DNA of 64,000 bases from Paraglomus brasilianum (lineage: Eukaryota): positions 1 through 64,000 of the forward strand of contig CAJVPI010000021.1 of the NCBI GenBank assembly GCA_910592345.1, read 5' to 3'. The translations under genes were made by a program, and so were the position numbers. Position 1 is the first letter of the stretch; every line of letters begins with the position of its first letter. Under the pieces are notes generated by a model, which was not told the DNA's origin, did no database searches, and saw only the letters and a program-made list of their open reading frames with translations. This document shows positions 40,525-54,481 of the stretch, piece after piece.

Positions 40525-41049
40525 CAGTTGGCAGATAATGATGTTTGCATGTCTTGTAGTCTTGGGACATTTTTGCAATAGATTGGCTTAATGACGTTAA
40601 ATGAATAGAATTTGTACTTTCGATTGTATGTTATTTGCAACTTGCGCATGGGTGTGGTTAATAGATCAACTAAATGTTGCTATCAATGAAAAGTCAAATA
40701 TTGTCAGAAGGTCATACTTGTCTATTGTTTCTTCATAACAAACAATAAGAACAAAATTCAGTAACACTTTCAACCGTCAATGTAGAATTACTGCAACCTG
40801 CCACCGAGAATGTCTTTAATGTTGTTTTTGGAAGATCAAGGCTGGGTTTTATATATTGAGAAATTTTATCTCTATGAAAAAATATAATATGAAACTAATT
40901 TACATTAAATCCACCATGGAACCAGTACTATTAGAAGTATTTTAAAGAAAGAACAAGTGCTCCATATGTTTTTAAAATCAATGATGCCCGAATATCTAAT
41001 ACTAATACTCAATAAACGAGCATTAACCCCAACTCATGATGAACTAAAA

Positions 41050-42330
41050 AATAGAAGCATGAAGAAAATAGTAATAACTGCTTTCTTTATTTATATTATC
41101 ATAAAGTAACCATTTTCTAAAGGTAAACAACTAGTTCTTTGACTGTTTATGTTGGAATGTATTTTATTTAAATAATAGAAAGTTTCCTCAATCTTTAAAT
41201 TATGTTCTCAAGATCATTTCTTAGTCTCTTTAACTTGAGCAATTTGCTGCTGAGAAGTTAGTTGGGATAATTCTTTTAAATTCAGCAATTTCCTTTTTGT
41301 GATTTTCTATTTCGCGGGGTTTAATTGTTTATTTTGTTCTTCTCTTTGCATTCTTGGCAAGCAAAGCCATTTTTGATTAGTTTATTAGTTGTTTTTCTAT
41401 GAGTATTTGACAAATTGCATTACTCTTGTTACTAAAAAGAACAGTGCAAAATTCGCACGGGCAAGTAATTAATATCTTTTTCTAATTTCTCTAACACTAA
41501 AACTGTATAAAGCAGTTCTTTCATAGCAAATATTTAATCTTTACTTCTATTCTAGCAACTAACTCTTTGACTTCAATGTTTGGTTTTCTCGATTACATGC
41601 TGAAACTTATTTAAATTTACTTGGTGCCTTAGGTAGTGGTTTGTTAATTAAATGTAGTCCTTCTTCCAGTTGTTTCATTATCTCATCCTTATCTTTATTC
41701 TTTTTGATTTCTTTGCAACTCTTCATGATTCTCTCTTGATGATTCACATCATTTGTCAGTCTCTACAATATTTTCTACTGGTTTCTTTAAAAAAGCTTTG
41801 TGCTAATTCTCTCTCATTGTTTAACTCATCTTTCTCTGCTAAAATTTTCTTTCTGCTAATTCAATATGAGTTTGACCTTCACTTCAAGCCTCTTTGAGTT
41901 CTTTTGCAACCATAAATTAGACTTTTCTAGTTCTGTTACTTTTTTTTTTTTTTCATATTCTTGCTTTTGTTTAGCATGTTTATCAAGGTTAACAGTTAAT
42001 TTGTTCCAACTATTAATTAACTCATCCTATCTCAATCGTTTAATGATCTTTCATATCAACGACATTTGCCAATGGCCTTCAATTCAGAATATCCTCCGCT
42101 TGATCCATCAGAAAAATGTCATCTTCGGAATTCTTGTAAAATGTTGCAATCGACTTCTGATCAGTCTATTTCACTTTCATGTGCTGATCAACGTTGCTTG
42201 CAATATCTTGAACATAAATGTTTTCATCATTTAAAGTATATTTCATTACAGATCATAACTAAAATTTTAGTCACGTTGCAACAGACCTTATCATCGATCG
42301 CGTGATCATTAAACTTAGTTTCCGTCTTCA
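41050..42330 (-). pseudogene. Decayed Lys/Glu-rich coiled-coil gene or transposon remnant
   Basis: Strong strand skew (minus strand A/G-rich), many stops, and near-absence of CpG. No family recognised. Confidence 0.3.
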
Positions 42331-45300
42331 TTAATATTACTATATTTATATCTCCTATCACGATCAACAAGAATAGGGGGGAGCATAACGATAACGATAA
42401 CGACGCAATCTGCTAATCAGAAGGTCGAATGCAATAAATCATGGATTGCACTTTTTCAATTAAGTAATCATATGGACCATAACAAATTGAACATAACGTC
42501 ACATTTACCATAGGCGTCATGTCTTCATTCTATACCACATTCTATGTTTCGTTATGCCGAACATAAGAAAATAAGTAACGTTACTTATTTGAACGAGTAG
42601 TAGGACAAAATTGGGGGGCGGATTGAAATTACATTAATTAATATTAATACCCAGATATTTGCTGTCGTTTGTTTATATTCTTGTCTAACTATGCCTGCTA
42701 TTTAGTGACAATCGTACGATTATACAAATTGATCATTCAGCATAACATTGATATCGAAACATCACTGATAGCACTTTGAAAATTAACAAATCTACTGTAT
42801 CTGCACATTGTCAAAGAATCAGACGCCATTGTAGTTAAACATAGAGCAAGTTTATATATCATCGTGCGATTGTTCGCTGTAAACGAAGTAGTATCAGCAA
42901 TAAAACTCCAATACGATCTTGAATGTAATCGAAGCTACCAATGAAGACCAAGAGGAAGAAAAGTCCTTCCGTGAACTAGAATATTATCTCACGGAAACTA
43001 AAGGCATTATCGTCGAACAATAACTTTGTTAGTGTGGATGACATTAAACAGGTCCACGTGATAATTTGCAATACGTAACACAACTCTTACCAAGTTATTT
43101 AAGGCGTAAACACGACAAACGCGGTACGCCTACTTCTGGTTAAGAACTCGGACGGCCAGAACAAGAATATTACCTGTGGTTGGAAGTACTACAAGACCAA
43201 CCTTAATTGCGAACTTCGCGTACCCACTTATCTCGAGTCACTCACGGTTCCTATCGCGTATTTCATTAATTTCTTTATGTCCTATTAGAAAAATGGTGAC
43301 CCCGCCAGGCTTTCGAGCGATTTTAATAATAACTGTGTGGGACGTCATAGCACTTCTCTGGACTTTTTACAATCGAATCAAACTCGTGATGTTAATAGAC
43401 GAAAATCACGTATCTTGCGAAAAGTCTGGAACGGCTAGCGAAACCACTAATTTCGGGGAAAGATCGAATACAGTGGGCTCGGGAACATCGGGAATGGACT
43501 GCAAATGGTTGGAAAAAAGTAATACGGTGGCAAACCACACTGCTCTCGAATTGTAAACCTAACATGGGCATATTCAAGGTATTAATTATATAAATTATGC
43601 TATGTATAAATTAACAAATAACGGGTATATCAGTGAAAACGTGACTTTACTGCGGATATATCAAAAACGGAACGCTAATCTATGTTATTGTATACCCATA
43701 GTCTCTATAGCTTTGAATACATTCCACACGAGACAGGAAGATTTTTTTTATACTTCAACATGAGCTCGATTATAAGAAAAAGTTCAACCAGTCGGAAATA
43801 GAATTTTTCGAAACCCACAACGACTGGATTTTAACTGGTTGATCACATCGTCTTCCCGGATAAAAAGAAGTTGAGCAAAGAAAGAAAAACAAAAATTATT
43901 CAGACTCTTAAGTTGTGCAAGCAAGAAGAACTCTCGATATAGGCGATTAGCGCAATCCTTTAAACTCTGCAAAGTAGGCAATGGATCAAGAGAACTGTGA
44001 GCATTATACGAATATGGCATTGGGGTGTAAGGTTTTCTTGAAGAATTAGTTCACTTATTTGTGTTTTGTACCTTTGAAAGTACTGAAGTATATATAAGTG
44101 GTTACAAGAACTCGGACGGCCAGAACAAGAATATCTTGCGAAAAGTCTGGAACAGCTAGCGAAGATAATAATGATGTTGGAACCAGTAATATTGCAATAG
44201 ACCTCAAATATTGCCCTAACTCCGGAACAGTTAAAAAGTTGCAGGCGTCCTTGGAAAAATGTTCCGAATCGGTACTATGAAAAGCGATACGTGGACAAAG
44301 GAGATCCCTAATGAAGCGCGTCGTCTTGTTCTCCCGGAATAATACCTTTTATGATCAGCTCACGATCGTGGTGATCGCAATCCAAAAATGCTTGATTATA
44401 TGGATGATTCGTTTTTAACCATATCATTATTATTGGAGAAATCAATTACGGAATAGTTTTTATGGATTGAAATGGTCGTTTATTTCATTGGGAAGATATG
44501 TTGGGACTGTTGTGAAGATGATAGAAATGTACACAAATACAAAAAAAATAAATCTTAATGTGATATTTGCACTTGCGAGATAGAATTTAAAAAATACAAG
44601 ATTGCAAACAAAATTACAATTTGCTTTTACATTATTTGCGAAATAGTAAAGAGTTTACTAAATAAAAATTTAGCATCAACGTGTACCGTTTAACAATAGG
44701 GTGAATTGGAACATATTGGTGGGAAAAAGGTGAAAGGACAAATTTATGATTTTATTAAATGCCAAGCGCAAAACTTTATGTAAGCAGATACAGAAAACTT
44801 TAAGGATTGACATTTTATTCGAAAAATAGGAACGGATAAGATTCAATACATGATGCAGATACTATTTCAAGATTTACTAACTCCCAGGTTCAAACGGTTA
44901 TAGATCGCATCACCGAAAAGCCTCAAACGGATCCCTTGGCTTCAGCTGAGGTAAACGCTTCGTCCGCGCCTCCTACTTCAATCGATGTCTCGCATTCGGA
45001 GAGGAGATGTCATCGAAGATTTCCCAATTTATTATGATGATTGGGTAGAGGAAGACGAAGTGATACTGAATCTATAGACTCGAATCAAATATCATTCCGA
45101 AAAAATAGATGCTCGACAAAAGATTCCTCCCGGGTTACAAAGTATGGATAAAATACAAATCTTAGATCTTGCAATAAATATACTCAGCACAAATAATAAA
45201 ACTATTCTTGCTTCTGGTATTTATATCCCGAAGATGAACTCATGCATTTTATGTATCCGGATGAGGATGTGGATGTGGATGAGCGTGGAGAGAAAGAATT

Positions 45301-47598
45301 TCCGATACCAGCAATAAGAGTAGCTATAGACTCTTCCTCCAGAGAATATGTTCAACCGGACTCTCATATTTGTTAATGTGGAAACGAGCTTATTGAAAAT
45401 TAAAGTCAGCTATAAAACTCAGGAAAATGTAAATACAAGTCTAATCATTAAGAAAGGCGTTTTACTTCCATTGCTGGAAACTTATCAGAAAGTGCTTTCC
45501 TAATTTAATAATTACACCACCAGTGATAAGCCAGAAATTTTATCTCCTGAAAAGCTTTACGAGTTACAAATGTAATCGAGGCACTAAGGGGGGAGAATAC
45601 TATCTCCAGAGTTGCAAAGTTTTATTATTTGCTTCGCTTACTCTACGATTGTTAGACTTATTCCTTGTCTTGGTTCCATTACTGATTTTCTGTAAATCAA
45701 TTTCATTGTAGTCCCATATATAGTTGACTCTTGTCAATATGTAAATGGCGGATGAATCAGATAGCAAAGTCACACGGTAAAAGCATAGTAGCACAGTTAT
45801 TGATTGTTTCACGAGTTACCTCGGAGGGGTACATTTTTGTCCTCCACTATAATATGAAGACGATGCTTTTTCATTGTCAAAATAGCTCGGTTCGCTAATT
45901 CAAAATGTCTTGATAACAAAAGATTTCACAAGACAGTCACTAGAATGATAACTATTTATTTCCAATCGAGTTGTTCGTACAGCGATCGGATCTTTAGCGG
46001 ATTCGCTCTAAGGGATGTAAGTGCCAATATATCTTACTATCGCCGAAGGGCGATATCATCATTGATTTGACTAGTAAATTGTTACTAACTTAACAAAATA
46101 AAAGGGTTGATTTATAAATATCCCCACAACTCGGCGTTCAATGGTATCCATCATACGTGATCGGATTTTGTTGGATACGATTAGTGCTGCGTACTAATTC
46201 GTATAGTGGTAACACGTGACAATAAATAATGTCGTTCAAATTTAGTTTAGTCTGAATGACTGCTTGCAGTAAAGGCTGATGTTCGAGTTAAATCTTCCGG
46301 TTGGCGAACTTGGTCTACATAATCAAGTTACGTTCTTTAACGCAATTAAAAATAGACACTAAATCATTCACAAAGACCTTTTCTAATTACATAATTCTTT
46401 TCTCATAATCAATTTCGGTTTTTTATTGTAGCAGGTTCCCATATAATCAATTTCGTGCAACCGCTCAAATTTTAAAGCGAGGATAACACTTTGACACGCG
46501 ATTGTTGTGTTATTCTCCCCTTGGGCTCATATGATACCTGTGTAACTGTCCTGCCACGTTCGGTTTGGACCGGAAAATTTCGGACTTTTGTGTGTAACTA
46601 AGTGTATATCTGTAGTCTCGGTATTACTGCTACCCGTTCTGATTTGGGTAGCCGTTGTTATCTCTCTTTGAATTCTAAAAACTGTACAACACATTACGCT
46701 AGCTGAAATGTTCGGCCGGCACCCCCCTGAATCACAAAGTCTCCCCCCTCGTTTTTCATCCTGCATTTCACACTGGTTTACAATATTCCGTATCCCAAAT
46801 TGTGTATGATATTCCGATGAACATTCGCGTGCTTAATAATATGCGCCCAGGTCATGCCCATTAATATATTAATGTTATTACATAATCATTTCGTGCCAAT
46901 CGCAAATTTAATACCCAGCCTAGTATGTTACACCGTCGATAACCCGGAATATCACAACATGCCCCCCGCCATTCACAAATGAAATTTTTTCGATTCAATA
47001 CCTCATCTCACATTTTTTATTATTTTCGCAAAGCAAAATAAAAAAATATATATCCCACAAAATACATAATAACAAACCCTATGTGATATATTTATACAAG
47101 AGTCCATTCTCTTGAAAATCTTTAATATTAGATCTTCTCTCAGCGTAATGGATAGTAGAGTTCTTGGGTCTTTGTGTATGTTTTTTTTTTTCATACTTAA
47201 AAGAAAAAGAAAATAAAAAAAAAAGAATAAAATAAAAAAAAGTTCAAAAGATGGCTTTCTTGGAAACATGTATACATATATATATATGAATGCGTGTATA
47301 TAGCAAAGAAAATGAAAAATAATATATTATACCTACAAAAAGAAATAAAAACAAGACAAACTAATTACAAGCTAAAGAGAGAGAAATGTCACCATCCGCT
47401 GAGAGAAAACCGGACCTTCTAGGTCCAAAGCAGTAAAGTAACCAGAAAAAAAAAATCCATAGTTTTTTATCAAAGTTTTTGATTAATGGGTGTAAGATGG
47501 GCAAGAAAAGAATAAAGTCTTTTTGATTTGGAATGTATTTACTAATTTCATCTGATTTTGATTTTAAGCAAAAGCAAATTAAAAAAAAGAAAACTGAT

Positions 47599-48549
47599 TT
47601 AAAAGCAAGCCATCTTCTGTCGTCGTCCAGATTCGTATCCATCGATAGACCATATCCTCCCCGATTCAATTCCATCAACCAACCGTTGTACAATCCATTT
47701 TTCTTTTGTTATTATATCTAAATCGTCCTTTGATCTCTTAACTGCATCGTATCTCCTCGTCTCCGCTATTATGAAATCCAATATCGGATCTGATGTTAGT
47801 GCTCCATCGACCCAGTCCACAGATATACCGGCAAGATAATCTCTATCTAGACAGAACTTTTGATAAAATCGAGGAGCGCCCACGATCATGTTTAATTTTG
47901 GTAACGCTTGTTGTAAGGCCGAATCAAAGAATGGCCGATATGCTGACAAGTCTGGTGGACTGGTTGGAGATTGTGATATTATACAATGGTTATGGTCTGT
48001 GGAAACTGTATATTTAGGTGAGGATTCGGTGGTGTAATCGGCGGGAGGTGATGAAAATGATGGTGGTGATGGTAATGGTGGTGGTGATGGTAATGATGGT
48101 GGTGGTGATGGTAAGCGAGAGTATGTAGTTGATGAGAATGGTTTCGACGCTGGTTCGAGGGGGGCTTCGACGAATATTGTTGGCCGTATTATATCTTCAG
48201 CGACTGCTGCAATTGTTGTCTCGTCGGCTGTCGTTCGTACTGGTGCCGAGGATGCTGTATCTTCTGATCTCGATATATAAACATAGCCATCTTCATCCTC
48301 CTCCTGATTTAGATCATCCAAGCATGCCTCTAGCCAATTCTGTTCGTCTCTCTTGACATCCTCGTCAGACCATTCAAGTGGTTCATATTCTTCTGGGGCG
48401 ACGAATTTGTTATATACGAAACTATTTATAAGCACCAACTTCCGAAGCCCGTCGGTTGTATCCCGACGGGTTACTTGGAAGGAATGTAGTTTATGGAGGG
48501 AAACGTTGTAAATATGTGATAAGTCCATTATTGGCGACATTGTTGCCAT
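47599..48549 (-). CDS. Intronless 316-aa protein with N-terminal SERTA/IER-like helix motif, acidic WLEACLDDL motif and Pro-rich repeat
   Basis: Long open frame with first ATG at 48549: IYNVSLHKLHSFQVTRRDTTDGLRKLVLINSFVYN, EQNWLEACLDDLNQEEDED, and (PSPPPSL)-type repeats at ~48050-48112. Confidence 0.75.
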   Translation of the reverse strand: MATMSPIMDLSHIYNVSLHKLHSFQVTRRDTTDGLRKLVLINSFVYNKFVAPEEYEPLEWSDEDVKRDEQNWLEACLDDLNQEEDEDGYVYISRSEDTASSAPVRTTADETTIAAVAEDIIRPTIFVEAPLEPASKPFSSTTYSRLPSPPPSLPSPPPLPSPPSFSSPPADYTTESSPKYTVSTDHNHCIISQSPTSPPDLSAYRPFFDSALQQALPKLNMIVGAPRFYQKFCLDRDYLAGISVDWVDGALTSDPILDFIIAETRRYDAVKRSKDDLDIITKEKWIVQRLVDGIESGRIWSIDGYESGRRQKMACF

Positions 48550-51500
48550 AATATGTTGTGTGATTAACTGACTTGTGGTTGTGAATGTAAATGTAAATGC
48601 GTATTGATGTCGTAGAGGGATAGTAGTATTTATAGAGACGTAACCGTAGTTTTCCGCAGTAGCCAACCGCAGTCGTATCGTTTGTAAATTCAATCGGGCA
48701 AAACGGTTGGTGCGTTGGCGACAAGAAAAGCCGGGAAAGTACTGCGCTTTGTTTCAGTATTTCTAGGCGTAGTTACTGGGATACGTGGCAAAGTATATAG
48801 TAAAGTTGTCGAGTTAATTGTGACCAGTAGTAAAATTATATGGTAATTCTGTTGTTAATAAGATGATTTTCATTGATTTTCGAAAAAGACTTGTGTGTCT
48901 AAAAATTTGATAGTTTCTGGATAATCTGGTTATGGAATAATGACGAGTATTGGGAAGGTGAAGGTTTTGTTTAGGGTGATGCGAAGTATTAGTAAGTAAA
49001 GTGAAAATTGAATATAATAGTCGATTGTGTTTAGTAGTAAAATGTAATGCGGGAATCAGTCTTTGTCTCGAGAGACAACCTACGAAATTATTTCCGACGC
49101 TTCATGGTTAGAAGTGGAATAAAATCTAGAATGTCTGTGTTGTGTTAGTTGTAATAGTGTTGTTGAGAGTACTGCGTGAGTTTCTCCGCATCAGACGCAA
49201 GAGTGTTACAGAGCACAAAGTTAAAGATAGTGACTAGTATGAAGAGAGAATGATTTGTTGCTGGCGCTTTTATTATTGTCGCTCGTTGATGTGGTGGTTT
49301 AGAAAGTCATCTTGACATGTTTAGACGGGTATTTGTGAGTAAAAAACAAGAAAGGCACGTAGTACTTATATCGTAGAGAGGGGGTGGTAAAGCAAGCTGA
49401 TCTGCACTATCGTTGTGGTTATTTGTATTGTATATTGGGTTGTTTATTGTGGCATGTAGTACAATATGATTGGGTAATGCTGTAAAAGTGAGTCATAAGA
49501 TATGGTAGCATATAATATAATTATCAACTATTGTGTGATCGTGGTAATATGAACAGATACCATGTACTATCAATATAAATAACGTTATTTGCAAATTGGG
49601 GAAACGCAATTCTTGCTTAACACATGACCTTAATAAGAATTTGTAAGAAACTATAATGGAAATAAATAAAAACATGTTAATATGTATTCACAGTATTGTT
49701 ATGAATATCGGTTGTATTGTACTTGACTGACCGTATCAGCGTTAGTTATGGTAAGACTTCCGATGTCTTTATAATCCTTGTATTGTGAAGGATGTTCGCT
49801 TTGTCTCGAGAATATTTTGTTTCACAGCTGTCCGGTGACTATGCACTGCTACCTACGTGACTATTACTTAGCCCAATACATGGGCGTCAACTAATCCAAT
49901 TAGGTGTAGCTCGTGTGTTTACTAACACAACAAACGTCATAACATCGATCCAACGACGGCAAATTGCAGCGAAAAGACGACAAACGAGATAAGACTGAAA
50001 ATGGTAACTCGAGTTACACAGTCGGTAGCCACTGCTGCTGTATTATTGTAAATAACTATCTTTGTTCTACACAATGTACGTGTTGGAGTTTCCCCTGCGT
50101 TAACCTTCTTCGATTAATTATTCATAGAATTGCGTCATATCGAGAATATTAAATGAAAGATCACTTGACAATGTTCTCCATTTCTCCCTGTTCTTTCATC
50201 ATCCCCGATAGACGTATTGGCTCATGTTGTTTGTATTGACCAGTGGATAGTCCTCGGGCGTAGAGAAAAAAAGTTTTAGCGTTTTCGGGTTAATTTTTTA
50301 TTTGCATTTGACGCATGAGCCACGTTCAATCAATCCCCCCAATGGGCAAGTTGGAAAGCACTAGGAAGACAGGTCCTGTCGCAGGCCTAACCATTATTTA
50401 GTTAAATAAACATACGGCAAAAGATATAATGTATGCATCATATTTATTAGGATCCGAGCAGTTGGTGACAAATTATTAATTTCGGCATTTATATTTATAT
50501 GTGCCATTCTCCCACATCATCTTCCCAGACAAGCTTTGCCTCTGTGGTACAATTTATAATATTCCCATCAGGTGACTCGAGACATTGATAACGAGGAGTA
50601 TTTCTCTATTGTTGAAATGTAGAATGAAGCACGCAAGGCAGCGAATCTATGGTGGGACTAAGCTGCAAAGAATGTGCAGTTCATCAGTATTATTAGACTG
50701 CTATTGGTGCATATCGTAATCTTACCGCATCTGTTCTCATGACTGAGCGAAATGGAATGCCCATCTCAGCAAAATATGCAAGAAATTGTAGACAACGATC
50801 CCGTACATAAGGGGGTGGGGTAGGGTACCTTTCGATGAATCGATTAAGCAGCCCCCACCTCGTTATCTGTTGTATCGATATCCGGGACTGTCATTATTAA
50901 AGTCACTTAATAGTACACCATTTCGCATCATATCTCTGACGGATTACAATATTTCATTGTTGAAAATTTGAGACATCACTGACATCACTGACCACGCGGC
51001 ACCATGCAACGCGGCCGTATGCAGTAACAAAAGGCTGGCTATCTCATATTGTCCGTCTTGCAATTATTGATGTAACAGATTAGGTTTCATTTAATCACAT
51101 GATTTATTAATTGCGCTGAGATATGTGAGATAGAGATGATTATAAGCAAAGGAGCGAGGCTGATGTTAATTGTCCCAGCTTGTTAGACCCCTTTGGGAAT
51201 GAAAAAGACAGCCGACTTATGTTATCATGCTGTATTACGAGTTATCAGTAAATAAAATCTCTTCCAGACAATGACAACATGTATTTTTAAGGAATGGTTC
51301 CTGATAACAAATAATTGATTGGTTGGATAATGATAACGAGTAAATATTCCAGATTTCCCATTTGGCGAGCGATAAAGATTCAAGGTTTGCTTTACGAAAC
51401 AAACATCAGGTAATTTATACTGCAACTCTGTCCAACTCATCTAATTATACAGGTATACCCACACGGAGTAAATATTCGACTTCCGCCTTACATACGTCGC

Positions 51501-51959
51501 CTGATGACATTGTCGTTTCATAATATGCTTCCGTAATCGGTAACTAACGTATATGTTAGTTAATATTAACGTGGAAAAATCTACACTCCCACGGTTTTAC
51601 TAAGGCTAATTTCTTTCAACTAATATATAACATATAGATGGCACGTACTGTAGCTATATATTAATTTTCATTTTGGTTGTATATACGCTGATGCACACGA
51701 TACCATCCATCTCTTATGTGCATGCTCTGTTAACGTTAACATAAGTTTGACTAATAGAGAACACAAATCCTTTTTGATTAGGTATCCTGCATATTTCGTG
51801 CCATATCTTCAATCATAACATTAAAAGTTTCCATATCCAGAGCTGGGGAAAACTAAACAAATTACTATATACTCAGTCATTCAATTTCAAAATCTCGCGT
51901 CTAAAAGTTCTCAGTCCGTTTCTCATCCTTCGGCTGTCTAAACTCGAGAGTACTTAAAC

Positions 51960-53280
51960 TGTAGTGTTGGCAAATTTGCCTACAATTTTGATTCACTAAC
52001 AAAAATCGCTTTATATCACCTGATGCCACTAAGTGAATTCCCCCAACATAAGATGATCGCTCGTTTTTCTGGCCGTAGTGCACACACGATAAGAAACCAA
52101 CGCCAGAGGGTTATAAAATTCTTTCCCCTCTGTGATGCTGGATATACATATACGTTTATGTTTACTTCACGGATTACAGAAATAGAGCCTGTCATTGGAC
52201 TTAATGAGACAGGGCGTTTAGTATGGCATTTGGTGAAACAACTTCCCCATAACAAAACCTTCATGTATATCTTACATATATATGGACAATTATTTTCCAC
52301 TTAAATATATGTATAGTTGCATGTGGAACTGTCCATACCAATTCAGCTAAATCCCTAAGGATTAAAAGTAGGCAAAACTTGAACACAAAACCTTCTGGAA
52401 AAGTGATAGATAATGTTTTAGCTACTTTATGGATTAGGATTGACAACGGACCAGTAACAATGCTTACTACTATTCATAAAATTAAAGGTGATGAATGGAA
52501 AGTTATTTGTAATTGAAGATGCCCAAGAGAAACAAGCTCTAATGCTGACACAGTACATCAAGTTTTTGGTAATGCCCTAGAAAAGAGTTGGCAATTCCAA
52601 AAGTGATTGAGTTTTCGAGGTCTTTATTTCAAAAGTGATTGATGATTACAACCACTATATGTGAGGTGTTGATATTGCTGACCAACTAAGAGGCTATTAT
52701 AATTGCCAACTAACAGTTCATTGTACCTGGTCTCCTTTACTATTTTGGTTGCTAGACACTGTGCTTGTTAATTGTTCTATCCTTTACCACAAAGCACAGA
52801 TAAAATAAACCTTCAGAATTAATATTAACCTGGCATGGGACTTGATCAAAAGCACTTTGTATATTTGGTGGGTCCTTTATTGGGCACAACTATGGTGGAC
52901 TGCTAAAGCTGTTGTTTCTATCACATTACTATATACACATAATAATAATAGATCCCAACAGGATCAAAAGCACTTTGAATAATGTCAATAGAATTGAAAC
53001 CAGAGATCAGTCTTCTTATGAAGAAACAATTCCTCAGACACAATTAAAAAGTGCTTATGTCACCAAAAATTTTGAGCTACCTATCTCTCATTTAATACCT
53101 GGAAATCACTTTCCAGAATGGAGAGAAAAGAGAGCAGTATGCATATACTGCCAGCATTGGCTAAAAGTAGCTCTAAAAGCAGTAAGAATGAAAGTCAATT
53201 ATGGTGCATTAAATGTGTTGTTGCTCTAAAACACATCCTAATACTAATTGTTTTAAAGATTATCTATTATCATGCTAAAA
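51960..53280 (+). mobile_element. piggyBac-like (DDE_Tnp_1_7) transposase remnant
   Basis: Frame-broken motifs MIARFSGRSAHTIR, LCDAGYTYTF, MDNYF, ACGTVHTN, WIDNGPVTMLTTIH, IPKVIDDYNHYM.GVDIADQLRGYY, WSPLLFWLLDTVLVN, and a C-terminal Cys-rich CIYCQHW...CIKCVVAL. Confidence 0.88.
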
Positions 53281-54481
53281 CTGAATAAATTTTATTAAAT
53301 TTTGTTTAGTAATTATTGATCCAATTAATTTTTTTTAAAAAAAAAACACAAATAAATTATTAATACTTAATTTAAATTTACATAGCATATAGAAACTATC
53401 AGTAACTTTACATAAAAAAAGGAGTTATCTTTAAACAATTATTACTTGACACGAACTCAGCCATTTGCGGCTCATTAGAATCACAATAAGATATGAGTGA
53501 GAATTAGTTAAGCAAACAATGGAAGTCTGCATAATATTAAAAAGGTGCAAAGAGTTGATATAATATTTTTGTGTAGTATGATATTTATGCTTTATGGACA
53601 GGCTTGATGGCAATATTATTTAGTTTCTCAGAATTGCAAAGACTTGCTAAAACTTTTTTATTAATGCACTAGGCACAAGTAGCTTAGAAAAATGTCCTCA
53701 AAAATGCCAAACAAATTCTATGCTATCAGTGCAGTAAACGGTCATGTTTTAGCACTGCAAGTAGTTATCTTCAAACAGCTATTACACATCACAGAAGCAT
53801 CTGTTCGCCATAATTTATGGTTTGTTAGATTTGTACTTAAAAATATAAATAATATTATGTAAAATTTACTAGATAAAACAGGTTTCCTAGCTTCTAGCAT
53901 AATTCTTGAACCTGTCAGGTCTTTTTTTGGATTGGAAATCGCTTATTCAAAGTTTGCACGTTAATACTCAATTCAATACATAAATATAGGTCCATTTGAG
54001 GCATTATCCTGTTCGTCTTTAGCTAAGTTATTGCTGTTTGTCTCCGAATTTAGACAGGATAAAAATAAAAATTTTTTATCATCCGTAGCTAGTCTCTTGT
54101 AAAACAATCGCGCGTTATCATTGAATAAGAAGAGAAGGGAATAGGAATAGAATACTATATCCACCGGCATGCTTGTTGTATCTATTCCTTCTAAGGTAGG
54201 AAGAGTTTACGAAGTCAGTGATCCGTTTGTGGAGATGAAATTTCATCGATAATTCACGTTTTCTGATCATTAGGTTTTTTCAATAACTTCTCTTATTATT
54301 ATCAGGTGTTCGATTTCTTCCAATAGAATAAATCGCCAATGGAACTTATTATAATTTTTACGATTCTATCCAGATACGAAAAATTGCATACTAATACACA
54401 ACGATCCAGATCGGCACAGAAATTTTCAATCGAATCCTGAATTGGCTTCTTCAAGCATTTCATTGACGCGCGTTTATTAAA

